A stretch of 64,000 nt of DNA from Epithemia pelagica (lineage: Eukaryota > Protista > Bacillariophyta), in assembly GCA_946965045.2 (NCBI GenBank), contig OX337228.1:2108001-2172000 (forward strand). Reading direction: 5' to 3'. Made by a program: the position numbers and the translations under genes. Shown in pieces: positions 13,813 through 26,328 of the stretch. The notes beneath the pieces are model-generated. The model did not search any database, was not told where the DNA came from, and saw only the letters and a list, made by a program, of their open reading frames with translations. Position 1 is the stretch's first letter. Every line of letters starts with the position of its first letter.

Positions 13813-14056
13813 GGTCCATGGTTGCTTCTTTTCCTCCTTGGGTCTTGATGCGCAACAATGACGCTCCTGCCGTTTAAAAGACGCGACTGAAAAGGTGCAC
13901 CTGCGACCGCCGCACGCATTGGATGCATTGGATGCCGCGAGCCGCGCGCCACCAATTTCCCCTTGTTGTTGTCGTTTGTCGTCTCTCATCTGCTTTCTCA
14001 CTCTTTTTCTGTCCCAAAAGACCTCGCCAGCAAAACTGCCGGGGCATTGATCGACG

Positions 14057-15741
14057 ATGGATTCAATATGGAATGCATTCGATGAATGGGTGCATTCTGT
14101 TTCCCGCTCCGAGTTTGTCGATGTGGGTTTGCGAGGGGTCCATCGACTGTTGCGTGGTTTCGGCATTGACAGAGCATATTTCCCATCACATCACGAATTC
14201 GTGTACGCAATGGTCTTTACGTATTTGGCCCTGTTGATATCCATTTATTGGTTTCGGTCGAGACGAAGAATTCGTCTGAACAAAGAGCTCCATGAAGCTC
14301 GAGCAAAACTCAAGTACTTGCAAGAAAAGTTGTCACAATTGGATCCAGACAAAAGAGAAGTTCGGATTTTCATGGATGGAGCATTTGATTTAATGCATTA
14401 TGGTCATGTCAACGCCTTTCGACTCGGTCGTTCCTTGGGAACACATCTTGTGGTTGGAATCAACTCGGATGAATCCATTACCGAATGTAAGGGGGCTCCC
14501 CTTATGAATGACCAAGAACGCTTGACAATGGTTTCAGGCTGCAAGTTTGTTGATGAAGTTATTCCAGGGTGCCCATACATTCTAACCCCACAGTTTTTGG
14601 AATATATTGTGGACAAATACAAGATAGATCTTGTTGTTCATGGAGATGATCCTTGCATTGTTGACGGAAAGGTACGTCAATGGTTTCCCCCTCTCGCTTC
14701 TGTTGGTGCCGATTTGATCTGACAGATGAGGGATCCGTAAATCATTGGACAGGATGTTTACGCCTCGGCAAAGGCTGCTGGCAAGTATCGATCCATTCCT
14801 CGTACTGAAGGTGTATCGACCACGGATATTGTTGGACGTATGTTGCTCATGACGAAGGAACATCATTTGCCACAAATGGATTCATCCCTTAGGACAAACG
14901 CCACCACATCCCAAAACGATGGAACGGCAATCACAAGCACCAAAGAGAGTGATCCTCTATTGTTGGGTCGGCAATCAAAATTCCTCACAACAAGTCGCAT
15001 GTTGCGTCTCTTCAGTGCAGGAGTCAAAGCCCCGACACCTGGAATGAAGGTGGTCTACATTGATGGTGCATGGGATATGTTCCATCCAGGTCACGTATCC
15101 TTACTAAAAGCAGCCAAAGAGGTATGACTTGTTTGAACAAAGCTTCGTTGCTTCGAGGCCATCCTATGCTTTAAGAGTATTCTCACATATTTGCATTTAC
15201 CCACACTGTTCGTTCAAAGAGGGGTGATTATCTCATTGTTGGCGTCCACGGAGACACAGTTGTAAATCGAGCTCTTGGAATGAATCTGCGTAAGTACCCA
15301 CCTGACCTCGTGGTAAGCCTCAGTCGTAGTCTTACCTCTTATGCTCCTACGATTTCTACAGCACTCATGAATCTCCATGAACGAGTTCTTAGTGTGCTTG
15401 GTTGCCGGTTCGTAGACGATGTCTTGATTGACGCTCCCTACGAAATAACTGAAGATATGTTGTCGTCTCTGAGAATATCAGAGGTACTAGAGTCACCTGA
15501 TACTGGTTACGAGACGGCTTCTGTGAACGGATCGTTAGACAGGTTCCGATTTGTTCCCAAAGAATCACGACAGCCCATAGACAACCCTTCTAACTTCAGC
15601 TTGCAAAACATTCTGCAGAGAATCCGTCGAAACCAAGATAAGTTTCAGGCTCGGTTCGAACGTAAAATGAATGTTGAAAAACAATTCTTCCAGACGAAAC
15701 ACTCTTCCGGAAATGGGCAAGAACATGTAGCAAAAGAGTAG
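14057..15741 (+). CDS. PCYT2: Ethanolamine-phosphate cytidylyltransferase (PECT/ECT1-like), N-terminal TM anchor, 4 exons
   Basis: Two cytidylyltransferase domains with HxGH motifs (DGAFDLMHYGH, DGAWDMFHPGH) and RTEGVSTTDIVGRML. Introns 14672-14752, 15122-15219, 15290-15361. Confidence 0.92.
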
Positions 15742-15871
15742 GTCGTTGGAACAAAAGATAAGGCCTTTCATTATTTTACACGTACAAAAGACTCTATCTG
15801 ACCATGTTGTTTTGTACATTAGCAATCGTATGAACAAGTTTGTCGTATTTCCCTGGATACCAACATATGCG

Positions 15872-16684
15872 CTAGTTGGAGTCCTTGCTATTTCCCAATT
15901 CATTTATCCGTTGTGTCTTCATCCTTTTGCGTGGAGGACCTTTGCTGGTCGACGTCCGACCTTGGGGTTCTTTGTCGGAATCCTCACTTGATGACGGATC
16001 AGTCTTCTTGTCAGAGTTCCAGTCCGAATCTTCGACAGAGCTTTCAACCAAAGCCTGTGAACTTGACATCCCTGACGAGTCTGTGACAAGTCGTGCTGCA
16101 CTGTCTTCAGATTCTGCTCCATTCGAAGAAGCGCGAGCCATACTTTGAGCCATTGCCAATGGAATGTTGCCAACATTGGCAAGAGCTCCTTTCTCCTTTT
16201 CCAATGCTTCTTCATAAGAATGTCTCAAAGAGCTCAGAAAACCCAGAAGAATAGACCCAGCTTGCTTGTCCTCTTCAGTTCGTGGCTTTTGCTGCTGTTG
16301 TAGGGTCACTGGTTTGGATGCGAGAGTTTTCTCCGCGGCAGCAGCAATGTTGATATTCGCAACAGCAACGTCTTCGAGTGGCTTTTTCTTAGGTGGCTTA
16401 CGCGAGGCACGAGCAGCAGGTGGCTTTTGAGACGGTTGGTTACTATTTTGAGTAACGGAACCTATCGGTTGAGGTGATGCTTCCCTTGGTTGCGTAGATG
16501 ACGCAGGAACAGTCGGTGTGACTTCCGTCGACGGCACCGTAGGGGCTGGCAAGATATTCGACGGCACTGGAGCAGGCGGTGCCACCGACTTCTTTAGCTG
16601 CTGCTCAAAGCTTTGTTGAAGCTGCCTTGTGTACTCTTTCACTGATTCAGCCGTAGAAGCCTGCTTTAACCGTTGCTGTAGCTC

Positions 16685-16715
<31 letters not shown>

Positions 16716-17872
16716 CGAAGGTGTTCCGATGCAAGCTGTGTTATGGCTGGTGCCAACGAAGCAGCTGCTTGTGCAAATGCCCAGTTTGCCATAGATGCAT
16801 CAACTCCGTTCGATACTGCTGGGGCGGGGGCCCACGTTGGTCTAAAGGAATGTAAACACAAAGCGTAAGTCAACACAAAACAAGAACGACTGAACTCCAC
16901 ACACATACGTACGGTACTGGATTCACTGGGTTTAAAGGATTCCCTAGTCCAGCATTTGGAAGTAACCACGAGGGTTGGACCCCCAGTGGCGCAGGAGGCA
17001 TTGCAGGGACAGGAGGCTGACTCTGTTGTTGCCCAACCATTCCTAACAGCCAAGACTGAAAGAGAGCTTGTGAGCCATCATTTGCGCCAGGAACCATCAT
17101 TCTATTCACGTTTGCTAGTGATTGCAGGAGATCCGTTGGTGGAGGAAGTGGTACTGAAGAATGACCTTCTTCGACTCTCATACGAAACCTTCGTTCCAAA
17201 TGATCCAGTTCAGCTCGTGCGAGCTGAATCTCTGCGACCAACGGTTGAGCACGATCTCGAAAGTGTTGGGCTCGGCGACCCAAACATGCTGCTCCAGCAT
17301 ATTTTTTTGTTATCCTCATTGGATCACAATTCAGCTTCTCAGCGAGATACGAACGAAGTGTTGCCCCGTCTGGCAAGCTAAGTAGCCCCGAGTTAAAGTA
17401 ATGGATAATCCTGGAAGTATATTCTTCTTCTTCCACCTGAAGAACCAAAGTGTTAGTGATCGATCGAATTCATGATAGTTACTCTATCTCTGTCACAATC
17501 CGAACTTACAGTCCATTTCCCCTTTCGAAGCGGAGTCCGCTCACTCTTGCCATTCTTGTCTTTGAGCTGAGCCATTCCTGGGTCTGCGTTTGAAAGGCTA
17601 CCGCCATTCTCTGATTGCTTGGATGAAGTGTTGTTGTCTGGAAGAGACGATGATGAAGACGTCCGGCTTGACGACACCAGTCCTACTGCAGCTTTGCCCT
17701 CCTCTTGCCTTTGTGACGGGTCTTGGTTTTCCATTGCATTCGTGAAGTCGACTGCTCCAGACGATGTTGTCGTGTATTGTGATTGATCGGCTTGAGATGA
17801 TACAATCCCCTGATCTTTGCTGGAAGTGTCCTCTCCCTTACATTTCAGATGTTGCTCCATTTTGCAGTGCAT
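15872..17872 (-). CDS. Myb/SANT-like putative transcription factor with poly-Q tract (3 exons)
   Basis: Spliced RKGKWT|VEEEEYTSRIIHYF...TLRSYLAEKLNCDPMRITKKY, a Myb-like motif typical of stramenopiles. Introns 17437-17509 and 16842-16912. Q-rich tract and basic NLS-like C-terminus. Confidence 0.7.
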
Positions 17873-18666
17873 GTATCAACGATTTCTGTCTTCTTCGCTT
17901 TGATTCAATACACTTTGTTGCCCACAAAAAGTGCTCGATGGGCTGAATTTTGCTGTTGCGGCTATCAAAGTTGCAGTGATCTTGCACTGACAAGCTGGAC
18001 CGTTCGGAAGCCTTGCGTCAAAGTCTACGATGATTTTGTAGGAAATATACGGGTTACCAAAAAGTTTTTCGGATTTTCAGAAAAAGGATCCAGAAAGAGA
18101 CATAAACTCATACAAGCGGTACTAAATTTAATAATTACCGTGCTTCATTCGTCACTTTTACTGCAGTGACTGCAGTGACATCATTCCCGCTGATATGACG
18201 CATACTCGAGTCACCTTGTGTTGCCGAACGCATTGTTCTTCACAAAAAAGGAATTTCATCCGAACCCACATCGTTCTTCGTTCGTGCGTCTAGCTAACGC
18301 TATCTCGCTCGTTACCTATCTACCCCTATCACTATGAATAGTGACAAGTGCGAAATGGATAATGGGTGCTCCTAGAGTCGACGATCTCGAGTAGCAGTAG
18401 ATACGAACTCTCTACCTAGAGCTATTGGTACCAATGGAATGAGGGAGCAACTGTCTATTCAAGGCGAAAAATGACTTATCCAGATGATATTAGGCCTCCG
18501 ACTCCGATAGTTTCAATCGATTGAATGACCATTGAATCGCAACAAGGCTTCTTTGGCTCGTGAACTGAAATCTGACTTTCTCGGAAAACAGAAAGGCAAG
18601 TGTACCTGATATGTAAGATGAAGCGCTAGCAGGCGGCGTTACAGAGACAAAAACATATCTCGTACG

Positions 18667-20799
18667 TCATGAACATTCACCATCCGAAAGCAATTCATTG
18701 AGAGGCAAATCAAATAGTGGCTTGAGCTCACCCATGCTATCGCCACCATCGAAGTCACTATCGAAGTGCCTTCGTCGTAGTCGGCAATGGTAGGCCCCTT
18801 GTTTGTTGTTCTTGCAACGGGGACATGGCTTAATCCCAGCATGAGCTGCGAATGCCTTGCCGATATCAGGATAAACTTTATCTCCCGCGGAGAACGGCTG
18901 GCCATGATTCCCTGTCCGACTTGCATGCACTGCCGCCCGTATGATGCGCCGCCGAAGGGCACTTGCCGAAGATCCACCCTCTTCCATAACTTTACGTAGA
19001 GCAGAAGCGGATGCTGTTGGAGCAGGAGATGACTGTTTTTCCGGTTCCTCAGACGAGGCCTTCTTCTCTGTCTTCTTTTCCGTCGTGGGTTTTTTCGAGG
19101 CAACAGGTTCCGAACCCATGGGCTCTGATGCAGTTACCAGCTCCGACGTGACAACAGACGGTAGAGAAGAGTTGTGAAATGACGACGTGAGTGTTAACGT
19201 TGCACTTGCTGAGCCGCTTCCTCCCGTACAAGTAGCCAACCCCGCTCCCCCAGCGGAAGTCACTCCGGCTATCCCCGGGGCATTAGGTCCAACGAAGTTA
19301 GGATCAGCAATGTTGTTTGACATGAGTCCAAAATACCGGCCCTCTGTTAGATGAAAACAACTCTTGTCCAAGTGGGAGACGAAAGCGGGATGAGCCTTTG
19401 GAAAGATCAGGGGGTGGTTTGTACTATCATGGTTCTCCATGAATGCAGGTTCATCAAACATTGAGGGCGGAGATGGTTTTTGCGGTATTGGTGGGATTTC
19501 AATCTTGGGAACATCTTCTGTAGTATCAGTGTTATCTTCCTCGGCTTCCTGTTTCCGAACAATAGCTCTTTCTCGTTCATGAACTTTGTGCACATACTCC
19601 AATCGCTCTTCAACATGGGATTCAGGATAGGGAATCGTCAAAGTCACAGGGAGCATATCCCTGCATGACAACGGTCTTGGTCTTTTTCGATTGTGGTAAG
19701 CACCATTATGTTTGGACTCGACTTTGGACTTGGCTGCACGTAGCGCGGTCACTAAACGGCGATGGCCACATGGCTTTACTTCAGCTTCTCCGTTGGCTTC
19801 CTTTTGCGTCTCCTTTTCCGACTTGTCCCATATCTCTGGAGGAACAAGAGGTGGAAAATGAAGACTAAGCCTGACGTCGCTATCAAACATATCTCCCACT
19901 TCCCGGTCTACACTTGAACCTCTGTGAGGTCTTTCGGTCCGTCCTTCTTTTGTGTACCCCGCAGAAGTCATTGCCTGTTCAAAAATCTCGGCTGGGTTGG
20001 AGTAACTTTCTTGCTGTCGACTAGATTGAGGAGTTAACATCTTCAATCCAGGAGAAAGCAAAGGTGGAATTCTAACTCTGACAGGTCCCAGTCTGCGCTT
20101 TCCGCCGATAACCTTGGAGGAACCTGGGACCATCGAGGCGTTTGAAGATGAAACAACGGTCGCAACGGCAGTTCCATCTCCTTCATCTTCTGAGTTCACG
20201 ACAGTCGCATGCACTGTTCGGCCAGCGATTGACGACTTTTGACTAAGCGGCAACTTGAGGGAACGGATCCTGGATTTGGATTTCTCGTGGGAACCCTGTG
20301 AGGCGTGTTCTGACGAAGACGGTCCAAGAGGAGCCGTTGCTCCCATCTTCCTGGCCTTTCCGGAATGAAAGGAGATCCGTGGTTTCTTGGCGAGTGGAAG
20401 CATCTTCTCTTCTTGTGGTTTGGCATTTTCCAATTGTAAGTTGTCGGGAGAAGATTTGCGCGCATTTACCTTTGGAAGTTTCAACTTGATCCTCATGGCC
20501 TTGGCCTTTGGAGGCTTGGGAGTCTCTGTTGAGGCAGTGACACTGCTTCTCGTGGAAGATTCAATATCTAGATCTTCTCCGGTCGTATCCTCGCTTGGTT
20601 CCAAAGTCGCGGCCGAACCCTTTTCGGCAACAGGGCTGGTTTCCTCTGCCTCCGACGACGTCTCATCGTCGTCATCGTCATTGTCTCCGATATCATTAGC
20701 TTCGCCTACAGTGGTGGTATCATCATCGCCGTCGTCATCGTTGTCCGGTTCTAATTTCTTCTCGAGATGATTGTTGTTGACGGTTCCGTCCTTCTCCAT
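18667..20799 (-). CDS. Uncharacterised nuclear-type protein with acidic N-terminus and C-terminal Cys/His motif
   Basis: Intronless ORF of ~710 aa. First ATG is MEKDGT at 20799. Basic clusters and a C-terminal PCPRCKNNKQGAYHCRLRRRH motif. Confidence 0.65.
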   Translation of the reverse strand: MEKDGTVNNNHLEKKLEPDNDDDGDDDTTTVGEANDIGDNDDDDDETSSEAEETSPVAEKGSAATLEPSEDTTGEDLDIESSTRSSVTASTETPKPPKAKAMRIKLKLPKVNARKSSPDNLQLENAKPQEEKMLPLAKKPRISFHSGKARKMGATAPLGPSSSEHASQGSHEKSKSRIRSLKLPLSQKSSIAGRTVHATVVNSEDEGDGTAVATVVSSSNASMVPGSSKVIGGKRRLGPVRVRIPPLLSPGLKMLTPQSSRQQESYSNPAEIFEQAMTSAGYTKEGRTERPHRGSSVDREVGDMFDSDVRLSLHFPPLVPPEIWDKSEKETQKEANGEAEVKPCGHRRLVTALRAAKSKVESKHNGAYHNRKRPRPLSCRDMLPVTLTIPYPESHVEERLEYVHKVHERERAIVRKQEAEEDNTDTTEDVPKIEIPPIPQKPSPPSMFDEPAFMENHDSTNHPLIFPKAHPAFVSHLDKSCFHLTEGRYFGLMSNNIADPNFVGPNAPGIAGVTSAGGAGLATCTGGSGSASATLTLTSSFHNSSLPSVVTSELVTASEPMGSEPVASKKPTTEKKTEKKASSEEPEKQSSPAPTASASALRKVMEEGGSSASALRRRIIRAAVHASRTGNHGQPFSAGDKVYPDIGKAFAAHAGIKPCPRCKNNKQGAYHCRLRRRHFDSDFDGGDSMGELKPLFDLPLNELLSDGECS

Positions 20800-21224
20800 G
20801 GTGTCCCAAGAACACTTCGACCAAGCCGAGAGCAAACAGGCAACTACTACGGGGGAACTCTCTTATGTAGACAGGATCATGTAGAGACATACGATCAGAA
20901 ATCACAACACGACGGGTCGGCCCTCACAACACTGTGCTGTTGTGCAGCAGCCGCAACACAGGGCTACAGCAAGCCGTCAGACCGCCGAAACGCCATGGCG
21001 GATCGTGATCACCCGCACGCGTGGTTTTCTCACAGATGTAGACCTTCTGTATGCTCCAAAATTACCGTTTGGACCCTGGGGAGTAAAAGTGAAAAAGCGA
21101 CCATGGTCGCACCTTGCGATTTTCATTTTTCATCGGTGCGGGTGCAGGGGGAAGATTTTGCCGTCTCCACTCTCGATCCCCAAAGCCATTGTGAAGACAT
21201 TGTTGATGATAGATAACAGTTTCA

Positions 21225-22786
21225 ATGGCAACTTATTATGCTGATGAAGAGACACTGCAATCTGCTTCTGCTTCGGTTACCACAACCTCGCCGGATCCTA
21301 CCTCCAACTCTATGCGAGATGAGAGCGACGCATTGACTACAAATTCGACTTTGGAGGCTGCTCACCTTATCAAGACGTTGGACTCGGCGTTTGCCAATAT
21401 GAATCAGAACGCTGTAGCGGCGGCACGGGATGCCGAAGAAGCGAGACGGAATGCCCGCACCGCGTCCGAACTAGCTCGGCTGTACCAACATCCTTCTTCG
21501 ACACAACCGACAAAATCATCAATCTGGCCGCTGTTTTCACATGACACCAATGGAGGGCATCGCTATCCAAGTACTCCTGCTACATCCTCTTTTCTGGGAA
21601 ACAATTCAATGCATACGCCCTTTACGCCCTTCTCTCCTGCGCCTGCCTCCACAACATCGGACAAAGCTCGTGGACAGCTATCAACAGCCGAAGATATGCT
21701 GTCACTTTCCCTGGAACTGGAACGAACAAAACAAGCCATGGCCGACGAGCGGACATTGCATGAAGAAACCAAATCGGAGCTGGAATCATTTCAGAGACGA
21801 TCGCGCGATTTTGAAAACCAAATGGAAAAAATGTTGGAACAGCAAGAAAGCGAACGACAAAAATACGACAACCACATTGAGGAACTCGAGACTGATTTGG
21901 AAACCTCGAACCGACGAGCGGAAGCAGCCGAAGAGGATGCTCAAACAGCACTAGAGTTGGCGAAAACAAATGCTGAATCCAGAGAACAGGTGGAAGAATG
22001 GCTGCAACAAGCATTGGACGAAATCCAGACACTTCGTGCGCACATTCAACAATTGAATCCTCCTCCAAAAAGTACTCCCAGTGAATCTCTGAACCAATTG
22101 ATCAATTCACCTCGAAAGGACATGACGACGACGACGGCTTCTTCACTTGAGAGCATTGCGGAGGAGGAATCCGAAAGCAGTGGCGCAGGTAGTGCTATCG
22201 CGGCTCGACCGGCACGGGCTTTGGTTGCAGCAGGCCGTCAAATGCTTCAACGGAGTCAAGCCATGGTAATGGTCTCTTCACCTGACGACGCAGATGAACG
22301 CCGACGAATGCTCAAAGAACACCTTCAATCTCTTTCAGCCAATGATAAGCCAATTTCTATCGACAAAGTATCGCTTCCTGCCCAAAACGAATCTACGCAG
22401 CAACTGCATCCTCTCGGAGCCTCAATGGAAGCCATGGATATTTGTCGGCGAACGACCAAAATCTTGAAGGAGAGTGGCAAGCGACTGCAGCTATCTGGAA
22501 GGTGGTGGACTGGTTTGTCCTATCATGGACCAGACGAGTTGCACCTTGACAAAATGACACGGCATTACTGCCATGAGATTGAGGTAAGAGGAACACACCA
22601 TGTTTCGGCGGTTTTGCTATGGATGAGTCAAAGGCCTCACTTGACACGCGCTATTTCTTTTGTGGCATTTTGTATATAAAGAACATGGTGGATGAAAAGA
22701 GTAAACATATTGCAGAGATGGAATCGCTTTGCGCTTTGTGGGAGTCTGGTGTAGCCTCCAATACCAATGGAACAACAGGGCATTGA
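21225..22786 (+). CDS. Coiled-coil protein of unknown function (2 exons)
   Basis: Long E/Q-rich heptad region. Donor gag|gtaag at 22584 and acceptor taaag at 22681 give a last exon NMVDEKSKHIAEMESLCALWE...GH*. Confidence 0.65.
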
Positions 22787-23042
22787 CTACACTAGAACAG
22801 AGAGTATCCGAAAATCCCACATCAACTGCTTTGGTTCCAAAACGATCGCAACGACATTGCATATCGTCCATTGACAAGATTGTCTGGTTCGCTCATTGAC
22901 CTTACTACTATCACTATTTTGCTCAGGAGAAAATACAAAGAAGATGACAAAGAGGATGATGGCAAGTCAATCCATCACATCAAGATTAGGTAGAGGAAAT
23001 ACGAGGACACCTCGTTGATACTTTCATAGAGATGCAACATTA

Positions 23043-23380
23043 GACTCGTCGAAACCATTGGCTCTGTCGATGTGGAAATCCATGTATCAAAAATTACATT
23101 AGAGAATTCCATGAAGATGATACATTATACTCTCCAAAACGTGGGCTCTGTCGAGTCGATTGGAGATGAAGAAACACTTGACTCTCCCAAACCATGGGCT
23201 CTGCCGACACGTACGACGATAGAGCAATCCATGTATCTAATCAAGAACTGGTGGAAGAAAATGAGGAGTACTTCATTGATACTTTCCCCAGAACGTTGGC
23301 GCTATCAACGCGATTCGACAATTCAATGTATCAAACACAATACATTTGACTCTCCGAAACGTTTGGTTCTTTCGACGCGT
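23043..23380 (+). repeat. Degenerate tandem repeat, five copies of a ~27-bp core; possibly a decayed LRR gene fragment
   Basis: The core actctccnaaacnntggctctgtcga recurs at ~23043, 23128, 23180, 23280 and 23348; aatccatgtatc-like segments follow three copies. Confidence 0.5.
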
Positions 23381-23851
23381 AGATTCGATCCTTCTTCTAT
23401 CTATCTAGCGACAGATACATCACCCATTCCTCACTCCACATTCAGCCATTCTCACACTGCAACATGAGAAGAGGTGGCCCCAAACCAAGAACCCAGCTTC
23501 GTTTAATCCGTGGCCGAACCATTGACGACGACGACGACGGTCTCAACAAAGTTATATTGAAGATTTTCGACGCTTGCATGGGGATGGGAAATGGGGAAAC
23601 CACAACATCTGGTTCTTGGGGCGCTTGATTTCTGATTTCTTCTCGTGTTTGATTGACATTATTTTTTGCATCTTGGGATCTTGGGGGTCCTTCTCCATCT
23701 TCCATTTTCCATTCACGCTCTCTTGTGTCCCTCGTTTCTTCCCCCATCTGCACTGAATCTGACGAACGACGACGACTTTGATCTGACTCGGCTCTCTCTG
23801 TTCAAACGGAAGCAGATGCTTTGCAAGCATGGCTGTATCTTTTGTCTTTGG

Positions 23852-23939
23852 TCGTCTCGCTTTCCGGGACTTCCGAGACTCGAAAAATGAGGTCTCGTCT
23901 CGCTTTCCGGGACTTCCGAGACTCGAAAAATGAGGTCTC
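23852..23939 (+). repeat. Perfect 43-bp tandem duplication
   Basis: cgtctcgctttccgggacttccgagactcgaaaaatgaggtct occurs twice head-to-tail. Confidence 0.95.
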
Positions 23940-24230
23940 TGATGGGTTATGAGCCTCTTCCGAATGGGGTTCGTGGTCCGGAAACAGCACTTCCATCACG
24001 AGTTTCCACGGTCCAGCACGCGCCGCGACCGAAAAAGAGTATCTTTTTGGATACTCTACTACCAAATCGCAAAGATCCATGGCATGTGCCGAAGTGTGTC
24101 CTCGAACTCGAACACCGACAGCTTTGGTCTGCTGGCTGTTCTGGAACTCTGATGCTGTCACCACGGACACACATTCCCCCTTCGTTGTCATAAATTTTGG
24201 TACGCAGATATACTTCATTCGACCTTCACC

Positions 24231-25990
24231 ATGTTCCGCTTTTCCTCTCTTGTCCTTGCCTCGATCCTTGGTGGAGCTTCGGCTTCGAACCCTTCCATTG
24301 CCGGCTATGAACCCGTCACACTTGTCACTGATCATGTAAGTATCTTTTGGGCACTGTGGACATGAAAGACCCAAAAGATTTCTCAACAGGAAACCGTATC
24401 TTTTTCGTCTTGCCATTTTGTCAGGCTGGAATTGCGGGTGATCAAGCCGTCATTGAAAAGCTTTGTGGTTTGGGTACCACCGCTGGATTGGACCAATCCC
24501 TTGCTGTGTATGAGCAAGGAGGTCATTCCAAATCTTTTGCCGAAATCACTATTACTGGTGGTTTGCAAACCACCGTTCTCAAGGGAACTAACATGGAACA
24601 AGGAAGTATCTCCGGTAAGGCTCTTGAGGATACTCCCTCCGGTTCCCCCACCATCAAGATGCAGTACTCGACGAGCGACTCTGTCCTTGAATACGTCAAC
24701 TGCAAAGTCGGAGGGCTTCCCGACGATGAAACGGTCACGGCCGGATGTAAGTTACGAAACAGATCGTACAGCGTTGAAAGATACTTTTTTCTTACGTGTT
24801 TACCTCTTTTTTCTTACAGGCCTCGAGCCAAATGGAGTTATCTCCATTACTGGAGCCGGAGGAGATCTTGACTACACCACTGTTGAAAACGGCAATGCTC
24901 GTACCATCAAGGGATTCAGCACCGGGGCCAACCGCAGAATGCGACCTGGTGATGATTTGAATGAAGATTTCTTCAGCTTCTATGTTCCCTACCTCAACTA
25001 TTATGGATCTGGTAACTTTGACTTTGGAGACACTATTGCTCTTGCCGGATTCACCGGTTTGTCGACCAACTTGGCCAATGGAAATGTGGACCTTGCCGGA
25101 TATGGCGAAGTCGCCCGTTGTCGTAAGTGTCTGTACATGGAATATTTCTTGACATGTAGTCGGGCCCGGCATTCATATTCTCACCAACTTTGCTTCTTTC
25201 TACAGAGGTTGCCAAGAAGGCCACAGCCTACATTATCACGTCTCTTTATGCCCAACGTGAAATGTTTGATGCCATTTACGATTGTAACGAAGAATGTGCC
25301 ACCGTTGAATGTAACGATGATGCCGTCCACGCCTTGGATGAAGCCGTCGCTTTCTACGTTGGTAACCTCCATTCCGAAGATGGTCGTGGAAACCTTGCCT
25401 ATGCACTCGCCGAGAAGCGTTGCAAGAACTTTGCCACCTGCGTCGATGGAACCAGTGGCATGTCGAATGTCAACAAGGAAATTATGCAACTTTTCAATAC
25501 CCTCAAGGGACAGTTTTCTCAAGCACAATGTGACGAGACACAAGCCAATGTTGATGAAGTTGTCGAGCTCATGCAGATTCCCATGGTCCAAGGTACTCTT
25601 CGTTACGCTTACTTTACTGACATCAACGAGACCCCTACCGAAGCAATGCAAGCTGAGGGTTACATTTTTGCTGCCGGAATCTTGCCCAAGGTCCACGCCT
25701 GTAGCGAGACTGACGCCAAGACAATCTATGACAACATGGTCTTGAAGAGAAACCAAAACACCAAGGCCGATTTTGCCGCCGTCAAGAAAGCCTTTGAAAA
25801 CAACTACAAGTGCATGGGCATCACCTGTGCCGATGTTGGTGGTCTCGTCGATGAAACCACTGGAAACACTTACTATAAGGGTGCTGAACCATGCGGAGGA
25901 GTTGTAGGTGTTGGCATGTCCGCCGGTGTCACTCACACGTTGAGTGTGGTTGGCGGTATCGTCGCTGTCGTCGCGGCATTCATGATGTAA
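24231..25990 (+). CDS. FEA1/low-iron-inducible periplasmic-family cell-surface protein, paralog 1 (4 exons)
   Basis: Signal peptide MFRFSSLVLASILGGASA, then IAGYEPVTLVTDH|AGIAGDQ, YEQGGHSKS, LDEAVAFYVG, YALAEKRCKNF, PMVQGTLRYAY, AEGYIFAAGILP, YKCMGITCADVGG. Hydrophobic C-terminal tail. Confidence 0.78.
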
Positions 25991-26328
25991 ACGTGACGAC
26001 CGAATGTTTTATCTACCTACGTACGACGATCATGAACAATTTTCTGTACCTTGTGATGAATGGAAAACCGATAATGCACAGTTTGTAGTGGGAGCATTAG
26101 AGCCTCTTCTACGATACATACTTTCCTGCTTAAAATAAGGAATGCATAGCGGTGCCAATTGTACTTTTATTTTGTAGCTCTCGTGTGAGCAGTCGGTTTA
26201 TACCCCTGTCAAGATCTAAGTAGCCATGTATGCGGTTGTTCTACAACATATTGGACGATCCACGCATGTAATACCAATGATTCACACAGACACTGCGTTA
26301 CTACTCATATTAGATATCGTCGTATCCT

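Noticed and set aside
13813-14166. N-terminal extension of the 661-aa hydroxylase ORF
   Set aside because: It overlaps the PECT start on the opposite strand and reads as low-information sequence; probably UTR/promoter. An alternative ATG near 13990 is not excluded.
18161-18180. 9-bp tandem actgcagtg x2 as a transposon footprint
   Set aside because: Too short, with no supporting element or empty-site comparison.
18482-18578. Possible C/D-box snoRNA (atgatat...ctga)
   Set aside because: Box C is imperfect and there is no terminal stem or recognisable guide.
23000-23939. CRISPR-like array
   Set aside because: The repeats are degenerate or simple tandem copies with no unique regularly sized spacers, and the context is eukaryotic.
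23802-24416. 204-aa minus-strand ORF
   Set aside because: Antisense to the FEA1 paralog 1 promoter and first exon, includes the 43-bp duplication, and has no motifs.
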